Shown here: positions 1-10,507 of the stretch, piece after piece | Position numbering within the stretch: the first letter of the stretch is position 1 | Layout: every line of letters begins with the position of its first letter | Origin: an uncultured Candidatus Binatia bacterium | GTDB lineage: Bacteria > Desulfobacterota > Binatia > Bin18 | Assembly: GCA_965214605.1 (NCBI GenBank) | Contig: OZ243961.1 | Span: forward strand, 1,760,001-1,824,000 | Reading direction: 5' to 3' | DNA length: 64,000 bases | Position numbers and translations under genes: made by a program | Notes under the pieces: generated by a model | What the model was told of the DNA's origin: nothing | Databases searched by the model: none | What the model saw: the letters and a program-made list of their open reading frames with translations, nothing else

Positions 1-309
<309 letters not shown>

Positions 310-419
310 TGGTTGTGAAGAGTCCAAACAAGCAGGGCCGAGCTAGGGGAAGACATGCGCGTTGACGAGACGTTCGAGGAAGCGGTGAAGGCCCTCGTCG
401 GGTGGTGATCAATGACCGA

Positions 420-611
420 TGAAGCGACACGGCTGAAGGTTTCCGGCACTTTCCTACATAATCCCCTCTGAGAAAACCAATCCCACCCCGGCACTCTTCC
501 CCACAGTCTTCCTTGGCATCCCGCGTGGTCGGCATCGAAAACCTGTCACGCATCGGCAAAATCCAAACCGTCCTTGCCAATGGACTCTTTATTCTTGTCA
601 CCGTTCCACAT
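420..611 (-). pseudogene. BrnT-family toxin relic
   Basis: Minus strand reads MWNGDKNKESIGKDGLDFADA*QVFD, then after a frameshift DAKEDCGEECRGGIGFLRG, matching the BrnT pattern WDxxKNxxNxxKHGxDFxDA...DYGExRxxxIG. Confidence 0.55.
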
Positions 612-948
612 CCGAAATCGGGTACGGCAAAAGGACACTGAGGAAGACGGAAGGTGAGAGGATGGGGCTCACGGCCGGCGGCGGGGTATTGCGCTTGCTG
701 CTCCGCCGGATCTTCCTCATGCACGGATGAGCCGCCCTGCGGGCCCTGCTCCCAAATCAGCTGTCTCCCACTGTTGGAAGGCCGTATGACTGAGTAAAAG
801 GAGTGCGACGTTCCAATGGCTGGGGAAGAGGTCGTCGTACTCTCGGGCGACAAGGCATATCGGGAGCACCTCATCTCCAGCGCTTTCCAAGCCGGCAACG
901 GTTGAGGACATAAGGTGAAACGGCCCGCCTACGCCTTCTCACGAGTCC

Positions 949-984
949 GTCCATGCCTGCCGATACCGTGAAGCGGGCATGGGC
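949..984. terminator. GC-rich hairpin downstream of ispG (possible terminator)
   Basis: CCATGCCTGC (951-960) pairs with GCGGGCATGG (973-982); no clear U-tract. Confidence 0.3.
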
Positions 985-1067
985 GCGGCTCCATCAGAGT
1001 GGGCGGCGCAGCAGCAAAAACGCTGTGGGTGGGAGTCCTTAAGTTGTTTCAGGCGGATGGACAATCG

Positions 1068-2195
1068 TTATTGCCGCCGCTCAGCAATCAGAGCGTCGAG
1101 TTCTTGGCGCAGGCGGTCAAGGACAACGTCGTAGCCGAAGTGGCCAAGCTTGGCACTCTTCTTTTTGAGATTGACCGTTGTCGGCCCACACCACAGACCG
1201 AGGTCGGCGTCATCCGTCTCACCCGGACCGTTCACCCGGCAGCCCATCACAGCGATGGTAATATCGTGCTGTTTAGCATAGGCCGTCATGGCTTTGACCT
1301 GCTGGGCAAGCTCGACAAACTTTTCGTTCTCCACCCGCGAGCAGCTCGGACACGAAATAATATTCAACCCGGAGTCTAAATCGGGCACCGATCGGAAGCG
1401 CCCGTTTTTGACATCTTCAATAATCTGAAAGCCGGCCGTCACTTCCTCATGCTTGCGCTCGTTGGGCAGGGTGAGGGAGACGCGCACGGTATCGCCGATC
1501 CCCTTGGCCAACAGTTTCTCAAAGGCGATCCGGCTTTTAATAATCCCGTCGGGAGGCAGGCCGGCTTCGGTGACACCAAGGTGCAGCGGCACATCGGGCC
1601 GGGCAGCAGCAAAGCGGGTGTTGGCCTCAACCACCTTGGCTGGATCTGAGTCTTTGAGCGACACAACAAAACGCTCAAAACCGAGCTCGTCCATCAACCG
1701 ACAATGGTACAGCGTAGACTGAATCAGGGCTTCCATTTGCTCACCCGGATATTGCTCCAGAAAGGATGGAGCGACCGATCCACAGTTTACTCCGATCCGC
1801 AAAGCCACATCGTTATCGCGGGCAATATCAACAATCCAGGCGACTTTCTGAGGAATAGTTTTGGCCTTTTCAATATGATGGAGATGGCCGGGATTGTAGC
1901 GGATTTTATCCACATACGGAGCAACCGCAGCCGCCACTTTGTAGTTTTCTTGCAGGTCAACCGACAGGGTAGCGGTCGTTTGGGAGCGGATCTCTTTGAG
2001 CGCGGTCGCCTCTTTGGGGTTATCGACCGCAATACGGACCACCCCGGCTCCCGCCTCCTGAAGCTGATAGACCTGGGCAACTGTTGCGTCAATATCGGTC
2101 GTCTTGGTCGCACACATGCTCTGGACAATAATAGGGGCACCGGAACCAAGCTCGACCTTGCCAACCCGAACAGCTCGGGTGGGGGTCTTTTCCAT
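1068..2195 (-). CDS. ispG: (E)-4-hydroxy-3-methylbut-2-enyl-diphosphate synthase
   Basis: [59 protein letters not shown]. Confidence 0.97.
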   Translation of the reverse strand: MEKTPTRAVRVGKVELGSGAPIIVQSMCATKTTDIDATVAQVYQLQEAGAGVVRIAVDNPKEATALKEIRSQTTATLSVDLQENYKVAAAVAPYVDKIRYNPGHLHHIEKAKTIPQKVAWIVDIARDNDVALRIGVNCGSVAPSFLEQYPGEQMEALIQSTLYHCRLMDELGFERFVVSLKDSDPAKVVEANTRFAAARPDVPLHLGVTEAGLPPDGIIKSRIAFEKLLAKGIGDTVRVSLTLPNERKHEEVTAGFQIIEDVKNGRFRSVPDLDSGLNIISCPSCSRVENEKFVELAQQVKAMTAYAKQHDITIAVMGCRVNGPGETDDADLGLWCGPTTVNLKKKSAKLGHFGYDVVLDRLRQELDALIAERRQ

Positions 2196-2222
2196 AGTCT
2201 TTCCTAGCTTGAGACCGCACGA

Positions 2223-2393
2223 TCAGTGCAGGATTGGCATTTTAGCGATAGGGGCGGAAGGATGCTTTTCGGCGTATTTCTGAAGCTGACTTTGAATCTC
2301 TGCAATCCAGCGCTCGGCTTTTTCTTCGTCAATCTCCCCTGCTTCCCGCTTGCGCTCAATCTCATCGAGAAATCGTTCAAAGAAGGTTTTCAT
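2223..2393 (-). CDS. 56-aa small helical protein (below the ORF-track cutoff)
   Basis: MKTFFERFLDEIERKREAGEIDEEKAERWIAEIQSQLQKYAEKHPSAPIAKMPILH*; strong GAGGAGG RBS; fills the gap between co-oriented genes. Confidence 0.65.
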   Translation of the reverse strand: MKTFFERFLDEIERKREAGEIDEEKAERWIAEIQSQLQKYAEKHPSAPIAKMPILH

Positions 2394-2492
2394 AGCCTCC
2401 TCCTCAGGGCCAGCTTGGCAGAAAAGGAGGCGGCCGTCTAGACCGAGGGTGGACGGTCGGTATTTGACTAGGGCACCGGCCAGGCGGACCTC

Positions 2493-3191
2493 TTAGAACG
2501 GCTCGTGCTCAAGGGTGACAGAGATCTGGAGGGGTTTTCCGGCCCGGATAATGGAGAAGGAAACCCTATCCCCAGGTTCATAGAAACTCAGAGTGCGGCT
2601 AAAAGCCTGGGCATCTCGGATAGGTTTATCATCGACCGCAACAATTAAGTCCCCGTGTAAATCCACAGGCGCGTGAGCGTTCCGGTTCGTATACACCTGG
2701 TGGGCAATGGTCAGCGGAATGGCGAAGGCTCCGGCGGGAGACATAGACAGGGCAAAGACGGCGACCTTGAACCAGTTGGAACCTTTTTTCTGGGGCGTAT
2801 TCGCCCCGATAAATCCAGCCTTGGCCGCCGGGCTGCCGGGGATGACGCTCAGGACATGGACCCCTTGTAAACCCTGGTCGGGTGTCACATACAAAGCCCC
2901 AAGATAGGTCCGCTGGTCGGTCGCAGGAGAGTCCGAGAAGCCTGGAGGAACATCGCCATAGGCGGACTTGATCTGGGAGGGGTCTTGAGCCGAGGCTTGA
3001 CCAAGCGTCTGATACGGGCCGACAGACGCTTCAGCCTTGGATGTCCGGGGGACAGGAGTGTTAAGGACCGGTGGTGGGACGCCAAGCGTGCTCTGTTCAA
3101 CTTCGCCTTGGGCCGAATCACTCTCTTGAGCACAGACGGCGAGAGGCCAGAGGAAAAGCGCGGCCAAGAGCCCAAAGGCAGAGATTTTCAT
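2493..3191 (-). CDS. Secreted PDZ-domain protein
   Basis: Signal peptide; YLG..V..V.PGSPAAKAG...GDLIVAVDD..I PDZ signature; GAGGAGG RBS. Confidence 0.8.
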   Translation of the reverse strand: MKISAFGLLAALFLWPLAVCAQESDSAQGEVEQSTLGVPPPVLNTPVPRTSKAEASVGPYQTLGQASAQDPSQIKSAYGDVPPGFSDSPATDQRTYLGALYVTPDQGLQGVHVLSVIPGSPAAKAGFIGANTPQKKGSNWFKVAVFALSMSPAGAFAIPLTIAHQVYTNRNAHAPVDLHGDLIVAVDDKPIRDAQAFSRTLSFYEPGDRVSFSIIRAGKPLQISVTLEHEPF

Positions 3192-3269
3192 CGCTTCCCC
3201 TCCTCATAAGGTGTGAACGGTCACCGGAGGCCACTATTATTCTACTGTCGGGACAATATGCAAGCCATA

Positions 3270-3788
3270 CTATTCAAGTCCGGCCAGGACCTGTTCGAGA
3301 TCTTCGACCGGCACCATGGTCCCGACCTCTTTAAAGCGGACGATACCTTGTTTATCGATAATGACATAGGCGCGATTGCCGAGCCGTTTTTCCTCATCCA
3401 ACCAGCCGGTATAGACCCGAATCACCTCGGGCGCTTCAAAGGCGCTCAGCAGGGGGTAGTCGAGTTTCAGCTGTTGGGTAAAGACCTTTTGGGACGCGCC
3501 GTGGTTAGTACTGATACCGAGGACTTTTGCATTCAGTTTTTTCTCGATAATATCCCCCTGACCGGAGGACAGTTGCAGGGTTCAACCAGAGGTGAAATCA
3601 AGAACATAAAATAACAGGACAACGTTGTCCTTGCCCCGAAAGTCCTTGAGGCACACCCGGCTGTCATCGCTTGACGGCAAACAAAAATCTGGAGCCGGGC
3701 CGCCGACCTCGGCCTTGGCCCAGGCCTGGCTGCTTAGCGCTAGCCAGGCGAGCACATTGATGAACAGATACAATCGTCGTGCGTGCAT
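3270..3788 (-). CDS. Exported selenocysteine-containing peroxiredoxin (AhpC/TSA family); Sec UGA at 3582-3584
   Basis: Signal peptide, then VGGPAPDF..VVLLFYVLDFTSG-UGA-TLQL; the frame stays open through VLGISTN..LDYPLLS..NRAYVIIDKQGIVRF to TAG 3270; SECIS-like hairpin follows the UGA. Confidence 0.85.
3553..3569 (-). promoter_or_regulatory. Putative bacterial SECIS hairpin
   Basis: mRNA UGA-ACCCUGCAACUG-UCCUCC-GGUCA-GGGGGA: a stem whose G-starting GGUC loop begins 18 nt after the UGA. Confidence 0.6.
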
Positions 3789-3887
3789 AGATCGTCCTTC
3801 TCTTAATCCTGCTCCACCCAGAACTGGCGAGACTTGCGCCGGGCTTGCCCCTAGAATCAACGGACAGAGGCGATCCAGGAGGAGACC

Positions 3888-4109
3888 ATGACCAAAGCTC
3901 AGCATTGTCTGATGTGCGCTGAAAAATTATACACCATGAGTAACTACGGTGAACCGTCCGATGGACGTTGGCCGCCTCTGGTCGAAGACGAGCACTATGG
4001 CACGCTCATCATCTGCCCAGCGTGCGAGTCTGCACATCTGACCTTCATCGATGATTCGCCCGGCCATCCGGCAGTCCGCCGTATCCGCGCTCTCAAACCG
4101 CCCGACTAA
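3888..4109 (+). CDS. Small Zn-ribbon protein (CxxC...CxxC)
   Basis: CLMC and CPAC; AGGAGGAG RBS; divergent from the peroxiredoxin. Confidence 0.65.
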   Translation: MTKAQHCLMCAEKLYTMSNYGEPSDGRWPPLVEDEHYGTLIICPACESAHLTFIDDSPGHPAVRRIRALKPPD

Positions 4110-4522
4110 ACCGAATCGGCGGGCCGAAACTTGACCAGCGTCATGTCCGGCGTCACATCGTCATAGGTGGCGACCACCGGCATACCGATCTTCATCGCCG
4201 TTGGGACGCAGCCAACAATATTGGTCGTCAGACGTGGGCCCTCCGCCAACTCAACAATAGCCACAATATACGGCACGTCTTCGGTAAAAGCAGGATGGGT
4301 AGGGGCTTGGGCGATGGTATAGGAATACACCGTGCCCTGGCCGGATGCCCGTATCCAGCTCAGCTCTGACGACAGACACTCAGAGCATACCTCGCGCGGG
4401 TAAAACAGGACCGTGCCACAGCTCTCACAGCGCTGGAGCCGGAGTTCGTGGCGTTTGGCGGCATCCCAGAACGGTTGCGACGAGACAGTCGGACGAGGAA
4501 GGGGCTTTTTGTAGTCTGCCAT
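4106..4522 (-). CDS. Zn-ribbon/OB-fold protein (DUF35, ChsH2-like)
   Basis: PFW..A..HEL..QRC..C..YPR..C..C, G.GTVYSYT, PY.VAIVEL.EGPR; downstream of a thiolase. Confidence 0.92.
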   Translation of the reverse strand: MADYKKPLPRPTVSSQPFWDAAKRHELRLQRCESCGTVLFYPREVCSECLSSELSWIRASGQGTVYSYTIAQAPTHPAFTEDVPYIVAIVELAEGPRLTTNIVGCVPTAMKIGMPVVATYDDVTPDMTLVKFRPADSV

Positions 4523-4535
4523 ATGCTCTCCTCCT

Positions 4536-5702
4536 TTAGTTAACGCCGATCACCACACTGCACTGCTCGCTCATAATACCGCCGTTACCGTTGACATAGC
4601 CAATCGTGGCATCTTTGATCTGCCTCGCCCCGCCACGGCCCATCAGTTGACGTGCGCCTTCGATCAAATGACTCATGCCGCCAGCTAAGCCGGGCTGGCC
4701 AAACGACAGCTGGCCGCCGTGGGTATTACACGGGAAATCCCCCCGGTAGGACAGGTCGTGGTCCTGCACAAAGCGACCGCCCTCGCCCTTGGGACAAAAG
4801 CCGGCGTCTTCCAGTGTCACTAAGACCGTAATCGTATAGCAGTCGTAAGGCTGCGCAAAATCCATATCTTGGGGCGTGCGTTCGGCCATGCTGAAGGCGG
4901 CCGCGGCCGCGGGCTTGACCAAGGACGTGGTTAGACTCTCGGCTCGCGTAATACTACAGTGGCCACCCGCCTCACCGGCTCCCAACAGATGGACCGGGGT
5001 ATGGGGACTATCCTTGGCTCGCTCGGCACTGGTCACGATAAACGCCCCACCACCCGTACAAGGGCTGACGATCTCCAGCAGATGCAAGGGATCAACGATC
5101 ATACGCGAGTTCAGCACGTCCTCAATAGCGATCTCTTTGTGGCCAAACAGAGCCGCGGGATTTTTGCACGCGTTTGTGCGCTGATCAACGGCGATCTTGG
5201 CCAGCTGTTCGGGCGTTGTGCCAAACTCATGCATATGACGCTGAGCAATCAGGGCATAGCCCGGATTGGCTGCAATCAATCCGTACGGCGCATCAAACTC
5301 GGCGTCTAGCCGCGGAAACGGCGGCGGTTTTCCAACGCTCATCGTCCGACTCGTCCACGAATCTCCCAAGACGCACAACACATTCTCACACATGCCAGCC
5401 TCAATGGCTGCTGCCGCCCGCCAGAACATACCGGTGGCCGACGCCCCGCCTAACTCGACCAAGTCAAAATAGCGGGGGTGGAACTGCAGATATTCTGAAA
5501 TCACCGACGGCCACAGCACGCTGTAGTCGCCAATGGCCATACCTGTCAGCAGGCCATCAATATCCTGTTTTTTCAAACCTGCATCAGCAATCGCATCGCG
5601 CGACACCTCGCCGATAATGCCCAGAGGAGTCTTTCCCCCGCCGCCCTTCTGGGGTGTCATTTCGGCAAAGCCAATAATTGCCGCTTTTCCTTTCAGACTC
5701 AT
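4536..5702 (-). CDS. Thiolase-family protein (SCP2/Ltp2-type)
   Basis: LAKIAV, NP.A, PYDCYTITV..LED.GFCPKGEGG, NTHGGQLS. Confidence 0.92.
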   Translation of the reverse strand: MSLKGKAAIIGFAEMTPQKGGGGKTPLGIIGEVSRDAIADAGLKKQDIDGLLTGMAIGDYSVLWPSVISEYLQFHPRYFDLVELGGASATGMFWRAAAAIEAGMCENVLCVLGDSWTSRTMSVGKPPPFPRLDAEFDAPYGLIAANPGYALIAQRHMHEFGTTPEQLAKIAVDQRTNACKNPAALFGHKEIAIEDVLNSRMIVDPLHLLEIVSPCTGGGAFIVTSAERAKDSPHTPVHLLGAGEAGGHCSITRAESLTTSLVKPAAAAAFSMAERTPQDMDFAQPYDCYTITVLVTLEDAGFCPKGEGGRFVQDHDLSYRGDFPCNTHGGQLSFGQPGLAGGMSHLIEGARQLMGRGGARQIKDATIGYVNGNGGIMSEQCSVVIGVN

Positions 5703-5712
5703 ACTTCTCCTC

Positions 5713-6456
5713 CTATGATGCCATCTCTTTAATCACGGCCACGATCTGAGGCATGACAACCCCGGCCTTGTCTCGGATGATGAAATCGGAAATTGCGTCC
5801 GTCAATTCGGTCGGTTCGGGATTAATCTCAATCACCTGCGCCCCGGCTTCTTTAGCCACTCCAGGCATGGCCGCGGCAGGATACACTACGGCTGAGGTAC
5901 CGATTACCAGTATCAGCTCGCAGCTCTGAGCCTCTTCGTATGAGCGAAACAGGGCGCGGGACGGAATGGGCTCGCCAAAGAACACGCCGGCTGGCTTGAA
6001 CACGCCGCCACAGGAACAGTACGGGGGTAAGGTCTCAAGTGACACCTCGGCCAGAGGCCGTATCTTGTCACAACTCTGACACACCACTTGGCGCATATTG
6101 CCATGGAACTCAATCACGTCTTGGCTGCCGCTGGCCTGGTGTAGATTATCGACATTCTGAGTAATGATGCAGCCGAGAAGTCCCATCTGTTCCAACTGTG
6201 CCAAGGCATAATGGCCGGGATTGGGCTGGGCTGTCTTCAGCTCGGTAAAGTCGCGCATCATCTGCCAGACTTTGCTCGGATCGCGTAAAAAGGCGTCAAT
6301 TGTCGCATACTCTTCCGGATCATAGCGGTCCCACAGTCCGCCCGGATCACGAAACGTCGGAATACCGCTCTCAGCCGAAATGCCCGCTCCGGTCAGAGCG
6401 ATCGTCTTGCGTGAGTTCCGAATGGCCTGGGCAGCGCGTTCAATCCGCTCCTGCAT
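5713..6456 (-). CDS. cobB: NAD-dependent protein deacylase (sirtuin)
   Basis: GAGISAESGIPTFR, ITQNVDNLHQ, HG, Zn-binding Cys residues, GTSAVVYPAA, EIN. Confidence 0.93.
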   Translation of the reverse strand: MQERIERAAQAIRNSRKTIALTGAGISAESGIPTFRDPGGLWDRYDPEEYATIDAFLRDPSKVWQMMRDFTELKTAQPNPGHYALAQLEQMGLLGCIITQNVDNLHQASGSQDVIEFHGNMRQVVCQSCDKIRPLAEVSLETLPPYCSCGGVFKPAGVFFGEPIPSRALFRSYEEAQSCELILVIGTSAVVYPAAAMPGVAKEAGAQVIEINPEPTELTDAISDFIIRDKAGVVMPQIVAVIKEMAS

Positions 6457-6704
6457 CGCCTCGTCCTCCAGTCTAGCCGTTCCGCCTTCCGGTCTCCCGG
6501 TCAGCCCGCGTCATGCTGATCTGCTCACGTTCCGGCTCTTTCGTCAAGAAAAGCCAGGGCAAATTCGGGCCGTTGATCCGCATGACACCGGTCTGCATGG
6601 CCCCGGATTATACTCAACCCCCAAGCTGGGGATCGAGGGCTTGCATCCCTGGGCGGAAAAATAGAAACTCTGACTTGAGCTCACAGACACACAGGAGAAC
6701 AGCC

Positions 6705-7682
6705 ATGGCCTTCCCGACTCACCGCCCACGTCGCCTGCGTCGAAATGAACAGCTGAGGCGTGTGGTGCGGGAAACAGAGCTGAGTGTCAACGACTGTATT
6801 ATGCCGCTGTTTATTGTATCCGGCTCTGGAATAACCAACCCGATCAGTTCGATGCCAGGCATCGCTCAGTTGTCGATCGATCGGGCGGTCGAGGAGTGTA
6901 AAGAGATTCGCGACTTGGGCATTCCTGGTGTCATCCTGTTCGGCATTCCTGACCATAAGGATGCGGTCGGCTCAGATGCGTATGCCGATGACGGTATTAT
7001 CCAGCGGACCTTAGCCGTGCTCAAAGAAGAGGTGCCGGGCCTGTTGCTGCTGACTGACGTGTGCTTTTGCGAATACACCGACCATGGCCACTGCGGGATT
7101 ATCAAGGATCAGAGCGTTGATAACGACGCGACCCTGAAAATTCTTGCCAAAGAGGCAGTCTCGCACGTCCGGGCCGGCGCCGACATCATTGCCCCGTCGG
7201 ATATGATGGACGGTCGGGTGGGTGTCATCCGCCAGGCTCTTGACGCCGAGGGCTTCGCTCATATTCCGATTCTGGCCTACGCCGCCAAGTTCGCCTCCGG
7301 CTTCTACGGTCCGTTTCGGGAGGCGGCCGAATCGACCCCGCAGTTTGGCGACCGGCGCTCATACCAGATGGACCCAGCCAACAGCACCGAAGCCCTCCGG
7401 GAAGTTGCCCTCGACATTGAGGAAGGAGCGGACATCATCATGGTCAAACCGGCTCTTCCCTACCTAGATGTTATCCATCGGGTCAGGGAACGGTTTGATG
7501 TCCCGGTCGCCGCCTATCACGTCAGCGGTGAATATGCCATGCTCAAAGCCGCGGCCCTGAATGGCTGGCTGGACGAAGAACGGGTGATAATGGAAACGCT
7601 GACCGGGATTAAACGTGCCGGGGCCGATTTGATCTTAACCTATTTCTCCAAGGATGCGGCCCGACTGCTAGCACGGGTATGA
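6705..7682 (+). CDS. hemB: Porphobilinogen synthase
   Basis: [41 protein letters not shown]; AGGAG RBS supports the ATG at 6705. Confidence 0.97.
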   Translation: MAFPTHRPRRLRRNEQLRRVVRETELSVNDCIMPLFIVSGSGITNPISSMPGIAQLSIDRAVEECKEIRDLGIPGVILFGIPDHKDAVGSDAYADDGIIQRTLAVLKEEVPGLLLLTDVCFCEYTDHGHCGIIKDQSVDNDATLKILAKEAVSHVRAGADIIAPSDMMDGRVGVIRQALDAEGFAHIPILAYAAKFASGFYGPFREAAESTPQFGDRRSYQMDPANSTEALREVALDIEEGADIIMVKPALPYLDVIHRVRERFDVPVAAYHVSGEYAMLKAAALNGWLDEERVIMETLTGIKRAGADLILTYFSKDAARLLARV

Positions 7683-7888
7683 CCAGGCATGCGTTTCAGA
7701 TTGTTCAGGTCTATGGAAGAAACGCCGCCCCCTCTCCCCAGCTTGACAGCCGACATCAGGTCCGCAAAGCGCTGCCGCAGCCAAGAGGGACCGGGGACGC
7801 CCCCGCACAAGTACCGTTGGCCGTCTGCTCAGCGGACCTGGCAAAAAGAGCCGGAGCGGCTGATCGAAGAAGACTAGGAGGAGCGAAT

Positions 7889-8278
7889 ATGTGGAAAAAG
7901 TCCGTCATTGCCGGTATTGTGGCGCTGGCTTGTGGCCTGCCCGTGCCCGCTCATAGCGGCGAGTACGATGATTATGAGGATTATAAGGATGCCCACCCCT
8001 TGCGGCTGATTGCCTACCCGCTCCACGCCCTGGGCTACGGACTAGAACGGCTTATCACTCGGCCGATCCATAGTCTGGTCTCCCGACCGGCCCTGGCACC
8101 CGTGTTCGGTTATGAGCGGGACGAGTTCTCCTCTGAGCAATGCTCGACCGGCCTGTTTTCCTCCGGCCCGGCCTCCCCCCCCGTTCCACGAGCGCCGTTC
8201 ATAGACGCAAAGGAATCCGCCGCGGCCCTGCCATCTGAGCAATCGGCGCAGGAGGCTGACCTCCCGCTGCTCAGATAG
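7889..8278 (+). CDS. Hypothetical secreted protein
   Basis: AGGAGGAG RBS, signal peptide MWKKSVIAGIVALACGLPVPAHS, then HPLRLIAYPLH..GY.LE.LITRPIH. Confidence 0.7.
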   Translation: MWKKSVIAGIVALACGLPVPAHSGEYDDYEDYKDAHPLRLIAYPLHALGYGLERLITRPIHSLVSRPALAPVFGYERDEFSSEQCSTGLFSSGPASPPVPRAPFIDAKESAAALPSEQSAQEADLPLLR

Positions 8279-8299
8279 GCAGGCTCTTGCTTGAGCGGC

Positions 8300-9775
8300 T
8301 CAATCGGCAACATGCACAGCCGGGCGTTTCCCGGACCACGGGCGGGCCTCTTCCAGCTGGGAGGCCAGGCGGAACAGACTGGCTTCGTCACCTAAGCGGC
8401 CCACGATCTGCACGCCAATAGGCAGATCGTTCGAAGTCCAGTGCATGGGTAGCGACATCGCGGGCTGACCGGTTGTATTGAAGATCGGCGTAAACGGGAC
8501 GTACGAAAACACCTGCTGGGTCCATTCCATTGCCGTCATACCGGCCCGGTTCTGGTTGATCTCACCGTGGGGAGCGGGTGGACGGGACAGGGTCGGAGAG
8601 ACAAAAGCGTCATACTTTTGAAAGAAGGCCCCGACCTGGCGTGACAGCGTGTTGCCGTGGGCCATGGAGTTGAGCAGTTCAACCGCGGTCCGGCGTTTGC
8701 CGTCCTCGTAACAGGTCAGGGTGACGGCTTCCAAGATATCAGGACCGGGCGTGCGATCCATCAGCGCCGCCAGGTCGTCCACCGCTGAGGCCGTATAGGC
8801 GGTCCAAATGACGTGGACCTTGTCCAGAAACTCCTCCCAGTCATACATTGGGCGGTCCTCGACCAGCTCATGCCCGAGCTCTTCAAGGGCGCGGACCGTG
8901 GCGTGTACGCCTGTCTCACACGCACCATCAATCTTGTCACCCGAGGCCGGCGTCGTGGTCCAGGCAATCCGCAGCCTCCCGGCAGGCGCTCCCACCTCCT
9001 CCGCATAGGGTCGGACCGGGGGAACAGGCAGACTCGGCGCACCAACGTCGGCACCGGCAACCACATCGAGCAGGGCGGCCGAATCGCGCACGCTCCGAGA
9101 GACCACAAACTCGCACGCCAGTCCGCACAACGGATCTGAAAAATCGGGGCCGGTCGGCACCCGGTCGCGCGACGGTTTCAGACCAAAGAGTCCGTTACAC
9201 GAGGCCGGAATCCGAATTGAGCCACCGCCGTCGTTGGCATGGGCGAGCGGGACAATACCAGCGGCGACCGCCGCGGCCGAGCCACCGCTTGAGCCACCCG
9301 CGCTGTGTCCGGCTCGCCAGGGATTATGCACCGGACCAAACAAGGTCGTCTCGGTCGTTGGGTTATAGCCTAGTTCGGGGGTCTGGGTTGTCCCGCTGAG
9401 CACGAAACCGGCCCGCCGAAAGCGGGCCATCAGCTCGGAGTCGGTCTCCGGTATATAGCCGTGGGCTAGCCTTGAGCCCATATCGCAACGGACGTTTTTG
9501 GCGTGCAGGACTAACTCTTTGATGAGGAACGGCACGCCACGAAACGGGCCCTGAGGCAGGGCGCCGCGGGCTTCTGCGATAGCCTGCTCGGCCAGGGTCT
9601 GCAGAACAGCGTTCAGCCGCGGGTTAACCTTGTCGATCGCCGCGATGGCGGTATTGACTAGTTCTTCGGGCGTCACCTCTTTACGGGCTAGCAGCTCGGC
9701 CAGGCCAAGCCCATCGTATGCCGCATAGTCGTGGAGTGCAATCATATACTGGGTTCCTTTTATTTGTGAGGTCAT
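8300..9775 (-). CDS. Amidase-signature family amidase
   Basis: GVPFLIKE, GGSSGGSAAAVAAG, DGGGSIRIPASC. Confidence 0.95.
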   Translation of the reverse strand: MTSQIKGTQYMIALHDYAAYDGLGLAELLARKEVTPEELVNTAIAAIDKVNPRLNAVLQTLAEQAIAEARGALPQGPFRGVPFLIKELVLHAKNVRCDMGSRLAHGYIPETDSELMARFRRAGFVLSGTTQTPELGYNPTTETTLFGPVHNPWRAGHSAGGSSGGSAAAVAAGIVPLAHANDGGGSIRIPASCNGLFGLKPSRDRVPTGPDFSDPLCGLACEFVVSRSVRDSAALLDVVAGADVGAPSLPVPPVRPYAEEVGAPAGRLRIAWTTTPASGDKIDGACETGVHATVRALEELGHELVEDRPMYDWEEFLDKVHVIWTAYTASAVDDLAALMDRTPGPDILEAVTLTCYEDGKRRTAVELLNSMAHGNTLSRQVGAFFQKYDAFVSPTLSRPPAPHGEINQNRAGMTAMEWTQQVFSYVPFTPIFNTTGQPAMSLPMHWTSNDLPIGVQIVGRLGDEASLFRLASQLEEARPWSGKRPAVHVAD

Positions 9776-9781
9776 CGCCGC

Positions 9782-10483
9782 TCACCACTCTTCGCAGAAC
9801 GGCCGGACCTCAACATGAAATGACCAGCCGGAACGCTCCTGGTGGACGACATGCCAGGTCGTGTCGGCAATCGCCGCCGGCTTGATGAAAAAGTCATCCG
9901 GCTTGTCTTTGAACATCCGGCGGGTCCACTGCAGGTCGATGACGGCATCAATCACCACATAGGCCACGTGAACGCCCTGCGGACCGAGGGTGCGGGCCAT
10001 GGATTCGGCCAGGATACGCTGGGCGGCCTTGGTCGGCGCAAACCCGGCAAAGCGCGGTTTTCCGCGGAGAGCCGAGGTATTGCCGGTGGCAATGACGGCG
10101 CCCTTTCCGGCCGCAATCATGTCCGGGGCCACGGCCCGGGCTAAGTACAGCAGCCCCATCGTATTGACCTGAAAGTTGCGCTCCAAAACCGAGGGCTCGA
10201 TCTCGAGAAACGTCCCAAAGGCGCCGCCCACGGCGTTGTGGATGAGCACCTCGGGCGCCCCCAGGCGCTCCTTTATGACAACCAACGTTTCATTCACTGC
10301 GGCCTGGTCGGACACATCGCACACAAAACCGGTCGTATGCGGAATCTCGTTCTCCAACCGTGATAACCGCTGTTCGTTTCGGGCCAGCATGGCGACCTGA
10401 TAGTCACCCGCGGCAAAACGGCGACTCAGGGCTGCTCCAGTACCTGGACCAACGCCGGAAATAACGCAAACGGGCCGTGTCAT
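9782..10483 (-). CDS. SDR family oxidoreductase
   Basis: GVGPGTG, HNAVG, FAPTKAAQR (atypical catalytic FxxxK). Confidence 0.9.
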   Translation of the reverse strand: MTRPVCVISGVGPGTGAALSRRFAAGDYQVAMLARNEQRLSRLENEIPHTTGFVCDVSDQAAVNETLVVIKERLGAPEVLIHNAVGGAFGTFLEIEPSVLERNFQVNTMGLLYLARAVAPDMIAAGKGAVIATGNTSALRGKPRFAGFAPTKAAQRILAESMARTLGPQGVHVAYVVIDAVIDLQWTRRMFKDKPDDFFIKPAAIADTTWHVVHQERSGWSFHVEVRPFCEEW

Positions 10484-10507
10484 AACACTCTCCTATGGAC
10501 GCCGATC

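Noticed and set aside
3213-3614. 133-aa plus-strand ORF
   Set aside because: It is the antisense shadow of the post-UGA half of the selenoperoxiredoxin.
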